DNA from: Centroscyllium fabricii
Taxonomy: Eukaryota
Length of the DNA stretch: 64,000 nt
Reading direction: 5' to 3'
Assembly: GCA_051313645.2 (NCBI GenBank)
Contig: JBNRSN020000306.1
Coordinates: forward strand, 496,001-560,000
The position numbers and the translations under genes were made by a program. Below are positions 11,732 to 21,476 of this stretch, one piece after another. Position 1 is the stretch's first letter. Every line of letters begins with the position of its first letter. The notes under the pieces were generated by a model. That model made no database searches and was not told the origin of the DNA. It saw only the letters and a list, made by a program, of their open reading frames with translations.

Positions 11732-13654
11732 ATGGCGACCGCGGCAGGACGCTGGCAGCAGGAGAGAGATCTATTGGACTCAGCTTTGAATAAAAGAAGC
11801 GTAATGGAGGAAAGGATTGCTGACTATGTATTTAGTAAAGTAAATTTAACAAAGCAGTGGATTGGGGACCTGTTGGCAGACAAACGCCCACTGGATGCAG
11901 CTATCCGTTGGACGGGTAGCAAGGGGCATAAAAAGGCCGTAGAAAAAGCCGTATGGCTAATGTGTTATAAAAAGCAGGTCCAGCTTTCGGACCAGGTGAT
12001 TGCGGCGCAGACCGCGCAGATAAAAGGGTTGGTCCTAGAAGTGGAGGAAAAGGTCTCAGGGGGGCAGCGGTTAATCACCGCGCTAGAGGCTCTAAATAAT
12101 GAGCGCCAGGTGAAGACCAACCGCCATGAAGCTAGGGTTGAGCTCCTAGAGAGACAAGTCGTATAGGCCATGTCAAGTGAAGGGAAGCTCAGGGAAAGGT
12201 GCGTCCGCCTAAGTGGCCAATTGAAGGCACAGGAGGAGGATTTACTGGGGATGAGGGCAGCATACAAAATGTCCCTCGAGGCCAAATATGAGGACGCCGA
12301 TCATGGCGCTTGTTTAAAGGAGATTCAGGACCTCAGGGAGGCCCTGAACAGGTCAAATGGTCTGGTGTGCCTCATCGACCCATCGGTGGGTGAGGTAAAG
12401 GTAGCTCAGGACCCCCCGAAGCCAAAGTTAAGGAGGAGGGCGCCGGAGGCACCAGCCCCCGCGCTCCCCGCGCGATCACCCCACTATACGCAAGCATGGG
12501 AGAAAGGGGACAGAGAGGAGGTGGCGGCAAAGGTTCCCAAAATGGGGAATCCAGACCCGGCACCCATGTGTCCGGTTCGGGAGATGAGGCGGGGTCCCAA
12601 CACTGCGGCTGGGGATCCCGGGCCCATCCTGAATGAGGTTATAGTGCCCCATAGCTCGCAACAGATAAGGAGAATGATAGGGAATTTCAGGAAGCTGTCC
12701 GCAGCAGGCGATCCGTCCCTGCATTTTAGGGAGGTCGAACAGGCCGCAGCGATTAACGGCTGTGACGAAGGGGAGCAAGCCAGGATGTTGCTTTTCTCGT
12801 TGGATAGCTCTATCCTTCAGTGTCTCTCCGACGAGAGCAAAAGGGGGGAGAATTGTTATAACGACCTGCGGGACGAGGTCCTAGAAATATTAGGGATGGA
12901 CGATGAAGGTCCATTTGTAAGGCTGGGTAGGACCGTGCAGATGGAGGGAGAACCCCCACGGGTTTTCGCCGGGAGGCTGTGGCCTGTGTATCAGCGCAGC
13001 TGCCCAGATGTACCTGCACGGGCTGTTTTGCGCGATGCCGGGAGAGCCCAGTGGCTCCGGTGTATCGTTGCCAACAGCCTACCCGCCGTTAGAGAGCAGG
13101 CTAAGGTGTGGTTTGACCCCACCGATGCCCTAACCACAGAGGAGACGGTCCTCAACCGACTCACGGTTGGGTATAAAAATACAAGGAGTTCGGTGATGCA
13201 CTGCGATAAGGGGAAGGTGTATGCGACTAACGCAAACGCCCCAGCGCAGAGAGAGTGGTATCAGGAGGGGGGCAACCCGGGGCAGTCTACATGTCATAGA
13301 TGCGGGAAGGCAGGCCACTGGCGCAGAGACTGTAGAGCCCCGTGGAGGGAGGTCAAGGAAAAAGCTCCCGCAGCCCCAGCCCGAGCACCCACTCCCACAG
13401 GAGGTGCCGGCGCCACTCTAAGTCCCGAAACAATTGAGTCCATGCTGGAAGCCATGAAGTTTTATATGACTTCCCAGGGGCAGGTAGCCCCAACCCAAGC
13501 ACCCGCTCCCACAGGAGGTGCCGGGGCGACCTTAAGTCCCGAGACGATTGAGTCCATGCTGGGGGCCATGAAGTTGTATATGGCTTCCCAGGGGAAGGCA
13601 GCGGTGGCCACCGGTTCCGCAGGCACCGCAGCCCCTCACGTGGAAACCCAATGA
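11732..13654 (+). CDS. gag: Gag (coiled-coil-like N-terminus, capsid-like region, CCHC knuckle), interrupted by one in-frame TAG at 12164-12166
   Basis: ORFs 11732-12166 and 12170-13654 share a frame; CHRCGKAGHWRRDC at 13292-13333; QMEGEPPRVFAGRL motif. Confidence 0.88.
11733..11750 (+). promoter_or_regulatory. Primer binding site complementary to tRNA-Arg(UCG)
   Basis: TGGCGACCGCGGCAGGAC, 3 nt after the LTR; reverse complement of ...GTCCTGCCGCGGTCG-CCA, the 3' end of vertebrate tRNA-Arg(TCG) as recalled. Confidence 0.88.
13371..13598 (+). repeat. 114-bp (38-aa) tandem duplication at the Gag C-terminus
   Basis: PTGGAGATLSPETIESML(E/G)AMK(F/L)YM(T/A)SQG occurs twice. Confidence 0.9.
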
Positions 13655-16600
13655 CTAAGACCCGCGCTGCCCATTTACCTGTGTCCACTCCGTTACGATG
13701 CATGGAGGAGACCTCTGGTGGAAATGGAGGTGGAGAGACAGGAGGGGAATTATCTGTTGGATACGGGGGCCTCATGCACCGTGATCCACACAGAGAAGCC
13801 GTTTAATTCCCCAATGTCCACCGGAGTCCCCTTTGCATTAGCAGGGTTTACGGGCAAGGAACAGGGGGGCGCGCGCTCTAGGCCACTCTCCATTCAGTTA
13901 GGAGCGCTCCACACCACTTGGGAGTGCATCCTACTGAAATGGGAAGAAGGAGGTGGCAGAGGTATAGTAGGAGCAGATTTTCTGGGAGCACATGGGATCA
14001 TGATCGACTTAAGGAACCACTGTTTATGGGCAGCCGAAAGTGGAAGAGGCGAAGTTGTGGTCATAGGGGAGGAAGAAGAAAAGGGGACCCTATGCACCAT
14101 GAAGCCGTCCGGAGGTTACGACCTCGAAAGTTTGTCCAAAGGGGTTCCGGCCGACATGCAGGCGGCCGTAACGTGTAATATACACGCCTTTGCGACCCAC
14201 AAGCACGATTGCGGGAGGGTCTTAGGGTTTGAGGTTAGCGTACAGGGGGATCCCATGTCCCGACCCCAGAAACAGTATAACTTCCCTAAGGAAGCGGAGT
14301 CCGATCTAGAGACAGCGATGTCTTCACTGGTGCGGCAGGGCGTGTTGAGGCCGATAGCCACCCATGTGAACTCTCCGTTGTGGCCCGTACGGAAGCCAGA
14401 CAACTCATGGAGAGCCACGGTGGATTATCGGGTCCTCAACAGTAACATCCCCGCCTGCGCGCCCACGGTGGCAGCAGTTGCCGACCTGATCGGGAGTATT
14501 CCCGCTTCTGCCACGGTGTTTACGGTGTTGGATATCTCCAACGGGTTTTGGTCCATCCCGCTGCGAAGGGAGGATCAGTACAAGTTTGCCTTTACGTTCA
14601 AAGGGCAGCAGTACACGTGGAATTGTTTGCCGCAAGGCTTCCACAACAGCCCCAGTATTTTCCACCAGTGTATGGCAGGGAGTTTAAAGGAGTTTAGTCA
14701 GCCCAATCAGATAGTGCAGTATGTGGACGACTTACTCCTGTTTACGGACACGAGGGATGAGCACTTGCCATTGCTAGGCGAGCTGCTGGAATTACTGGCT
14801 AGGAAGGGTTTTAAAATAAACCCGAAGAAGGCACGGATTGGCCAGACAGAAGTAAAGTTTCTGGGTCTGACCATCCGCGCGGGGGAAAGGGCCATAGATA
14901 AGGCCAGGAGGGAGTCGGTACAGGAGCTACCGATCCCGACCACCGTAAAGGGTGTGAGGTCCTTTTTGGGATTGACCGGCTATTGCAGAGACTTCATAGA
15001 GGACTATGCAGCCACAGCAGCTCCGCTGCTCCGACTCTTACATAAGGGAGTTGGGTGGTCATGGGATGAGGGCTGCCAGGTGGCGTTTGAAAAGTTAAAG
15101 AGGGACTTGCAAACCGCGCCAGCCCTGGGGGCCATAGAGGGGGGGAAGGAGTTTTCCCTGGAGGTAGCAGCCGGCGAGGACAGCTTGAGCGCGGTGCTGC
15201 TCCAAGAGCGGCACGGCAAGCTGCGACCGGTGGTGTATTCCTCAAGGGTACTCACGGAGGTGGAGAGGGGGTTCTCCAACTGCGAACGGCATCTCTTAGC
15301 CACGCATTGGGCCGTAAAGAGATCATTAATCTTCACGGGAACCTCTCCCATTACTCTCCTCACCCACCACACACCCACCAGGATGCTTCTGGATGGGAGG
15401 ATAAAGGATGGGACCGTGAGCAGCGCGAGAATTGCGCGCTGGACTCTTCTTTTGTCCCAAATGGATTTAAAAGTGGAGGGTTTGTGCGAGCCTAAGCTCG
15501 CAGCAAATTTGATGTACCCCGGAACGACCCATCGGTGTTCCGTGGAGGGGGTATGGGAGGTGAACATAGGTCTGCGAGCCGGGATACATCCCACGGGCTG
15601 CGAGATCTATGTTGATGGTTCCAGCACGGTGGTGGCTGGCGAACGACTCACGGGCTGCGGGATTTTTGACCCTACGGCAGACATTGCCTTGGCGGTTAAG
15701 CTTCCCCGCACCATGAGCGCGCAGCAGGCCGAGCTGTCGGCGGTGGCGTACGTGGTAACCCACCCCGAGATCTTCCCAACCCCGTACACAATTTGCTCTG
15801 ATAGTATGTTTACGTGCAACTCGTGCACGGAGTATCTGGCCATATGGTCACGTCGCGGGTACACTTCCGCGGACGGGCGGCCATTAACGGTAAAGCCCTT
15901 GTTGGAGAAGATCCTAGCGGCAGTAGGGGAAGAAGGGGAGATCTTCATCCACAAGGTGAAGGCTCACTCTTCCACGGAACCACGTGGGGGAGGCAATCAG
16001 CGGGCGGATGCGCTGGCCAAGGAGGGTGCTCGTGAAGGCACTTTCTGGGACCCCTACGGGTCCGGACCTGTGGCAGCGATCCGGGATAAGGAGGGGAACC
16101 GCCCAAGGGTTCCCCTGCCTTTGGATCTCAAAACGGTCCAAAACCAGGATCCCGTTTTAAAAGCTGTCCTCAAAGCTATTAGTGAGGACAAGCAGGTAGA
16201 GGGCCCATACAATAGGGCGACCCTCTCCGTTAAGGAGGGTATGTTGTTCAGGGAGGAACAGTGGGTTGTGCCGCAGCAGCACAGGAGGGAATTTCTCCAA
16301 TTGGCCCACGAGGGTCCAGGAGCAGGGCACCCCGGGCCAGAGGTTACGTGGCAACGGGTGGAGCAGGCAGGGTGGTGGCCGGGACTCAGGGAAGATGCCC
16401 GCGAGTTCTGCACCAGCTGCCTGGTGTGCGCTGCGAACAACCCAGACCCCCAAAGAAGGAAAGCGCAGATGGGGCACGTCAGGAGGGTGGAGGGACCGTG
16501 GCAGTCGATCCAAGTCGACTATATAGGGCCCTTACCCACCGCCCAGGGAGGCTATAAATATTGTCTCGTCCTGGTGGACGTGTTCTCCAAATGGGTAGAA

Positions 16601-18277
16601 GCTTTCCCCTGTAGGACGGCTACGGCCTTAGGTACTGCCAGGATTTTGGTCCGGGAGGTGTTCTCATGGTGGGGACTTCCCCGTTTTGTGGAGTCCGACC
16701 AGGGGAGTCACTTCACCGGCCAGGTCATGCAGAACACCCTCATGCTCTTAGGCATTGAAGGAAAATGGCACGTAGCGCACAACCCCCAGTCGTCAGGAAT
16801 TGTGGAGCGCATGAACCGTACCCTTAAGGAACGGTTGAGGAAAGAGGCGATGGGCTCGCCCCAGAAATGGGCGGAGATCCTGCCTTTAATCCTCATGGGG
16901 ATCAGGGCCAGCCAGTCGAAAAGTATGGGATATTCCCCGCACGAGCTAATGACTGGAAGGGCCATGCGTACCCCCACTCATGTACTAGCTCCGGTGCTCA
17001 CGGAAGGACAGCTCGAGGAAGTAAAGAAGGACAGGTTTGCCCAAAATCTGTTCGAGCACCTGAAGCGAGTACACGAGCAGGCAGCAGGGAACATGGGCAG
17101 ACAGCATCAGGGGAACAAGCTGTTGCTGGAGCCCCGAAGAACGCAAGAATGGGAAGTGGGAGACCTGGTCATGGTGAGGAACTATGCCCGGGTCGGGAGT
17201 TTAGAGCCACTGTACATGGGGCCCTACAGCATTGTAGATAAGGCAAGCCCCATGGTTTATGCGGTGAAGGTGCCCCGACGCACAAAGTGGTTCCATATAA
17301 ACCAATGTAAAATGTATAAGTCGGGCATGCAGGGGTCGACCACAGGGGCAAGCCCTGTGAGTGGGAACGCCCAGCCAAGTGCAGGTGGTAAAGTAGCCTG
17401 CGTGAAAGGAGAGGCCCCGATGGAGGAGAGGAGGGTCTCTCGTGCTGTGTGGGATTCAGATGGGGAGGAGCCGGACCAACACGACCAAGTGTTGGATCCG
17501 ATGGACCAACACGACCAAGTGTTGGATCCAAGTGGCCAACCCAACCAAGGGTTGGACCTGATTGACCTATGCGACCCAGTGCTAGAGTCAATCACAGGGG
17601 AGGAGGAGGGGTCGGAGGACGGGGGTTCCGTTCTCGACTCGAATGCCGAAGAGGTAGGGATAGCGGGCGGAGACTCACCACCTGAGGAGATAGGTGAGGT
17701 GAGGTCAGAAGCCGCAAGAGATCCCAGTCCCGGGGAAGCGAAGCTGAAGGAGGGAGGGTCGGTGCTGGCAGCTGTGAAGGAGTCACAGGCTGCAGCACGA
17801 TCCGGCCCGGTCTTCAGTTCGTCGACGAGGCGAGAGGAGGGAGCGTCGATGCTGACAGATGTGACGGGGTCACAGGCTGTAGCACGACCTGGCCCGGTCC
17901 TCAGGTCGTCGACCCAGGGGGCTCTCGGTTCCAGGGAAGCGAAGCTGGAGGGAGAGGGGTTGGTGCTGGCAGCTGTGAGGGAGTCACAGGCTGCAGCACA
18001 ACCTGGCTCGGTCCTCAGTTCGTCGGCCCAGGGAGCAGTACCTAAAGGCACCCTCCGTCGATCAGATAGGATACCCCAGCCCAGGAAAGCTTGGCCAGAA
18101 CCGTCATATGCCCTCAGGTACAGGAAAAGCCCCCGCAAAAGGATAATTATCCACCCCCGACAAGCAGCACTAGGCTGCGGAGAATCAAAAGCAGCGACAG
18201 GCTGCGGGGAACCAAAGGGAAGGGTCAGCAATGCACCGCCACGGGGAGCGGCCCACTACGACCCTGACAGGGGATAG
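13655..18277 (+). CDS. pol: Pol: protease, RT, degenerate RNase H tether, RNase H, integrase, long low-complexity tail; open throughout
   Basis: LLDTGA (~13760); LPQGFHNSP; YVDD (14720); tether ~15150-15480; YVDGS..AELSA..CSDS..KAH..RADAL (15600-16030); HHCC; IQVDY..SDQG..VERMN; GPY motif. In frame with gag directly after TGA. Confidence 0.96.
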   Translation, partial: LRPALPIYLCPLRYDAWRRPLVEMEVERQEGNYLLDTGASCTVIHTEKPFNSPMSTGVPFALAGFTGKEQGGARSRPLSIQLGALHTTWECILLKWEEGGGRGIVGADFLGAHGIMIDLRNHCLWAAESGRGEVVVIGEEEEKGTLCTMKPSGGYDLESLSKGVPADMQAAVTCNIHAFATHKHDCGRVLGFEVSVQGDPMSRPQKQYNFPKEAESDLETAMSSLVRQGVLRPIATHVNSPLWPVRKPDNSWRATVDYRVLNSNIPACAPTVAAVADLIGSIPASATVFTVLDISNGFWSIPLRREDQYKFAFTFKGQQYTWNCLPQGFHNSPSIFHQCMAGSLKEFSQPNQIVQYVDDLLLFTDTRDEHLPLLGELLELLARKGFKINPKKARIGQTEVKFLGLTIRAGERAIDKARRESVQELPIPTTVKGVRSFLGLTGYCRDFIEDYAATAAPLLRLLHKGVGWSWDEGCQVAFEKLKRDLQTAPALGAIEGGKEFSLEVAAGEDSLSAVLLQERHGKLRPVVYSSRVLTEVERGFSNCERHLLATHWAVKRSLIFTGTSPITLLTHHTPTRMLLDGRIKDGTVSSARIARWTLLLSQMDLKVEGLCEPKLAANLMYPGTTHRCSVEGVWEVNIGLRAGIHPTGCEIYVDGSSTVVAGERLTGCGIFDPTADIALAVKLPRTMSAQQAELSAVAYVVTHPEIFPTPYTICSDSMFTCNSCTEYLAIWSRRGYTSADGRPLTVKPLLEKILAAVGEEGEIFIHKVKAHSSTEPRGGGNQRADALAKEGAREGTFWDPYGSGPVAAIRDKEGNRPRVPLPLDLKTVQNQDPVLKAVLKAISEDKQVEGPYNRATLSVKEGMLFREEQWVVPQQHRREFLQLAHEGPGAGHPGPEVTWQRVEQAGWWPGLREDAREFCTSCLVCAANNPDPQRRKAQMGHVRRVEGPWQSIQVDYIGPLPTAQGGYKYCLVLVDVFSKWVEAFPCRTATALGTARILVREVFSWWGLPRFVESDQGSHFTGQVMQNTLMLLGIEGKWHVAHNPQSSGIVERMNRTLKERLRKEAMGSPQKWAEILPLILMGIRASQSKSMGYSPHELMTGRAMRTPTHVLAPVLTEGQLEEVKKDRFAQNLFEHLKRVHEQAAGNMGRQHQGNKLLLEPRRTQEWEVGDLVMVRNYARVGSLEPLYMGPYSIVDKASPMVYAVKVPRRTKWFHINQCKMYKSGMQGSTTGASPVSGNAQPSAGGKVACVKGEAPMEERRVSRAVWDSDGEEPDQHDQVLDPMDQHDQVLDPSGQPNQGLDLIDLCDPVLESITGEEEGSEDGGSVLDSNAEEVGIAGGDSPPEEIGEVRSEAARDPSPGEAKLKEGGSVLAAVKESQAAARSGPVFSSSTRREEGASMLTDVTGSQAVARPGPVLRSSTQGALGSREAKLEGEGLVLAAVRESQAAAQPGSVLSSSAQGAVPKGTLRRSDRIPQPRKAWPEPSYALRYRKSPRKRIIIHPRQAALGCGESKAATGCGEPKGRVSNAPPRGAAHYDPDRG

Positions 18278-19110
18278 GTAGGCCGCCCGGGAGAGGCGGC
18301 ACTGTATATAATGAAAAAAAATAAGTTTGGTAGTGTTAAGGGAGTAGCCCGAATTAAGTTTTGAATTTTGTTAAAGGTGAAGGGGAGTGTTTAGGTAATA
18401 TGGGATCTGTCCAGGAGGCGTGCACATCTCACCACAGCCAGGCGCTCTTGGGAGGCCGGCAACCCCTTTGTTTAATTACAGGACCCAGAGAGGCGGGGAT
18501 TCTGATGACACTTGCGGTCATCGAGGATGGACTGGCCTGCCGGGGCCACACCGGGGAGTAAAGACGGCTGGGAACGGACCCAATGGAGCATCCCAGCACG
18601 TCAGAATCTGCTTGTGGAGAGACTTGGTTTTCTGTGCCCCGGATCAAGACCATCGCACCCAGGACCGGCGCTATCATCGGTAAAAGGACTTACTTCCGTT
18701 GAGGGATAGGAAGATCCCAGCGAGCCGATGGTGGTGGCTGCAGAAGACCGCCAGAACACTGTACAAACTCTGGGACAAATGGGGGAATTCATGAGGGGAG
18801 AAATGTGTGTGTTTATATTTTCCTGATGGTTGTGTGATGTCTGTTTTGAGTTAATAAATGATGTAAACAGGTGGAGATGAAGGCATCGGCCTGGCAGACG
18901 TGGAAGGAACCAGGAGGTGTAAGCCATGGTTGTGTAAATATACGATTGCCCAAGGTAAAGGCAATGCGAGGTTGATCAAAGGGAATGGGAACCGCATGTG
19001 TCATGGGGCAAGAGTTAATTTAGGTAACCAGGAGAGTTGAGGTGTGGAGAATCGGGAATCTTGCTCAACCTTTCTTAATTGATTCGCTAAGCAGGGTTAT
19101 GCTAATCAAC

Positions 19111-19119
19111 AGGAGGGAC
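19111..19119 (+). promoter_or_regulatory. Polypurine tract
   Basis: AGGAGGGAC immediately before the TGTAAGG of the 3' LTR. Confidence 0.75.
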
Positions 19120-20871
19120 TGTAAGGTCGCAAAATTCCCTGTCAAAATGGATTCACAAAGACCAGAAACGAAGGATGGAGTATACATATTTTCTTTTATT
19201 TGAACACTGGCAGACAAGACAGGCTGCGGCCTGATCAGAGAAAAGGGGCCTCCAAGATGGCCGCCGGACCACATGGCACAGTACAAACCGAAACCAAAAA
19301 CCCAATTCGAAAAGCCCGCGAAGAAACCAGACATAAAGGCGCTGTTAAACCTGTAAATAAATAGCCTGCCCGTTAGAAACCGATTAGCCCGACAAAGAAA
19401 TGCACCCAGTTTAAATAAACACCCAAAACAACTGCAAATATGAAGCAGCTGGTCCGTTCAGCCAGCTACAGAAATTGTATACCCTTCGAGCAAAGCGATT
19501 AGCACCCTTGAAAAACAATGGGACTCTAACCGGAGAAGTTAGAGCCACCATCAAACTATTACCGGCAGGCTTGGCTGGACAAAGGAGTGCAGGAACCGCT
19601 TTCTAAACACAATACAGGCTCTAATGGGAAAGACATTAGGCATTCAATTTTGGGGTATAACTAGCAGGACATTGCACAGTTCGATCTCTCTTCCAGTTCG
19701 ATCTCTTGGAAAAATAGCTGAAGGAAAGAGCTCTTGGAGAAGGCTCTTGGATTTCGTTCGTTTGACTCGTGGAGGCGACCTCTTGAAGCGGTGAGGTCTA
19801 GCAGTGACTTTGGGTGGGCTGTCTTTCTCGAAGACTCCAGTTCAGCTTTCTGGGTGCAGGGCAAGCAGGGTGCAGGCTCTGGCAGGACAGCAGAGTCGGG
19901 GCAGGGCAGTATCGCATCGTAGAACCATTGCTGGTGAGGTAGTTGGTTGTTGGGAGGCCCAGTGGCAAACATCTTGTTGAACATGACGACTAAGCTAGCG
20001 TCGGAAGTGTGGGGAGGCCCAGTGGCAAGCATCTTGGTGAACACTGCAAATAAACTATCATTCGAAGAGTGGGGAAGCAAATAGGCTAGCAGCCCGTTAC
20101 AGTTCGGCTTGAGAGGGCAGGATCGGCATACCCCAGGGTCCGGTTCAGCCAGGGAGACGGTGCGGTTGGTGTGAGAAGGTAGAGCAGCCTCGAGGAACCC
20201 GTCCGGGACCAGCCCGAGCAGGAGCGACCGCCGCCCAAAGGGAGAAAACAACAAGTGGACTCCCGAATCTTCCACAGCCACGTGACGACCGACGCTGCAG
20301 CCGAGGAGACGAGGGACTTCGTAGCAGACCCCGAGTATTACCGAGTGGTGAGCATGTGCATCGATCCTACACACCTGGACATAGCTAGGCAATAGAGGGA
20401 AGGGTGGTTCGTTTGGGGTGTAGTTATAGAGTCATTGCCCCGATTTACGTTGTGCCGTGCGTTCCCCATCCCATAAGTTATCTGTGTATGTACCTATATG
20501 TATCTGTTTGGGAAACAGTTGTTGATGTATCATACTGTGTCACTCTGATCAAATACAACCTAACTGCTGTAAATATATCTCTTGGTGTAATAAACCTTTA
20601 TCCTTACTGCTGTAAATATATCTCTTGGTGTAATAAAAACCTTCCAACTTTACAAACTTTTATTCGAGTCAATAGTCTGAGTCCAATCGGCATCCATCTC
20701 GTCTCTCTCTCTCTTCCTGCACCTAAGTCCAGCGTCTAGAACCGTAAAGGGTGAGCGATTCGAACCGCTCGCGGGGGAGGAGGTTATTGCGCGAGGCCTA
20801 GCGGACTGCTAGCGCAAGGCAGTAACGGACCACAAGTCGTACAGTAAAATATATGGCGCACGCTCCTTACA
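19120..20871 (+). repeat. 3' LTR (1752 bp)
   Basis: Co-linear with the 5' LTR at offset 9142, no indels seen. Confidence 0.97.
20589..20637 (+). terminator. Duplicated poly(A) signals in a 43-bp tandem repeat (also 11447-11495)
   Basis: actgctgtaaatatatctcttggtgtAATAAA occurs twice. Confidence 0.6.
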
Positions 20872-21403
20872 CGCCTGCGGTACTGTGTTCAGTTCTGGGC
20901 TTCACAACTGAGGAAGGTGGTCGTTGGCATAAAGGTGGAGCCTAGGTTTACCACAATGATACAGAGTGTCAACGTCCAATGGAAGACTGCATAATCTAGG
21001 GTTATATTACCTGGAATTTAGAAGATTAAATGAGGAATTGATGGAAGTATTCACGATATTATGTGGAACTGATCGTGTCGATAGCGAGAAGCGATGTTTG
21101 ATGATTGACCTGCCCGGGAGCCGGGAACATAGCCTCAAACATAGATACATGAATTGCAGGAGTGGAGTGAGTGTGACAGAAATTTCTAACACACTTCAGC
21201 AAACAACCCTTGAAGCTGGGTCAATTGTCCGTCTTGAGATTGAGAGATGTTTGTCAAACAAATGCATCAATGGAGCGTTCCAGCACAGATTTAATTAAAT
21301 GGCAGAGCGGCTCGAGGGGTTAAAAAGCCTCATCCTGTTGTTATTTTCAACGTTAAAGGATCAGAGCACGGATGCAGAGACGACAATCCCCGTTTAAAAG
21401 CAG

Positions 21404-21476
21404 CGCCGGAACAGGGACTTGAACCCTGGACCCTCATATTAAAAGTCTGATGCTCTACCGACTGAGCTATCCGGGT
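21404..21476 (-). pseudogene. tRNA-Lys(UUU) probable pseudogene (G1A, C40A, G69C)
   Basis: Three stem-breaking changes. Confidence 0.8.

Larger units (their letters stand above)
9978..20871 (+). mobile_element. Full-length LTR retroelement with retrovirus-type Pol (tether + second RNase H), no env
   Basis: Two 1752-bp LTRs, PBS, gag, pol and PPT. Inserted in the unit sequence gagaccacacc^tgcggtac with a 4-bp TSD CACC (9974-9977) / CGCC (20872-20875). Confidence 0.96.

Noticed and set aside
11733-11750. Idea that the LTR element is primed by the tRNA-Lys3 of the host array
   Set aside because: The PBS matches tRNA-Arg(UCG), not TGGCGCCCGAACAGGGAC. The cgcccgaacagggac strings in the array are the tRNA genes themselves and lack the CCA complement.
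17257-18231. 324-aa antisense ORF over the pol tail, and other ORFs overlapping gag/pol/CR1/Gypsy
   Set aside because: Shadow frames of GC-rich or repetitive coding sequence with no recognisable motifs.
18278-19119. env gene
   Set aside because: No ORF above ~110 aa, and no signal peptide, furin site or TM anchor pattern.
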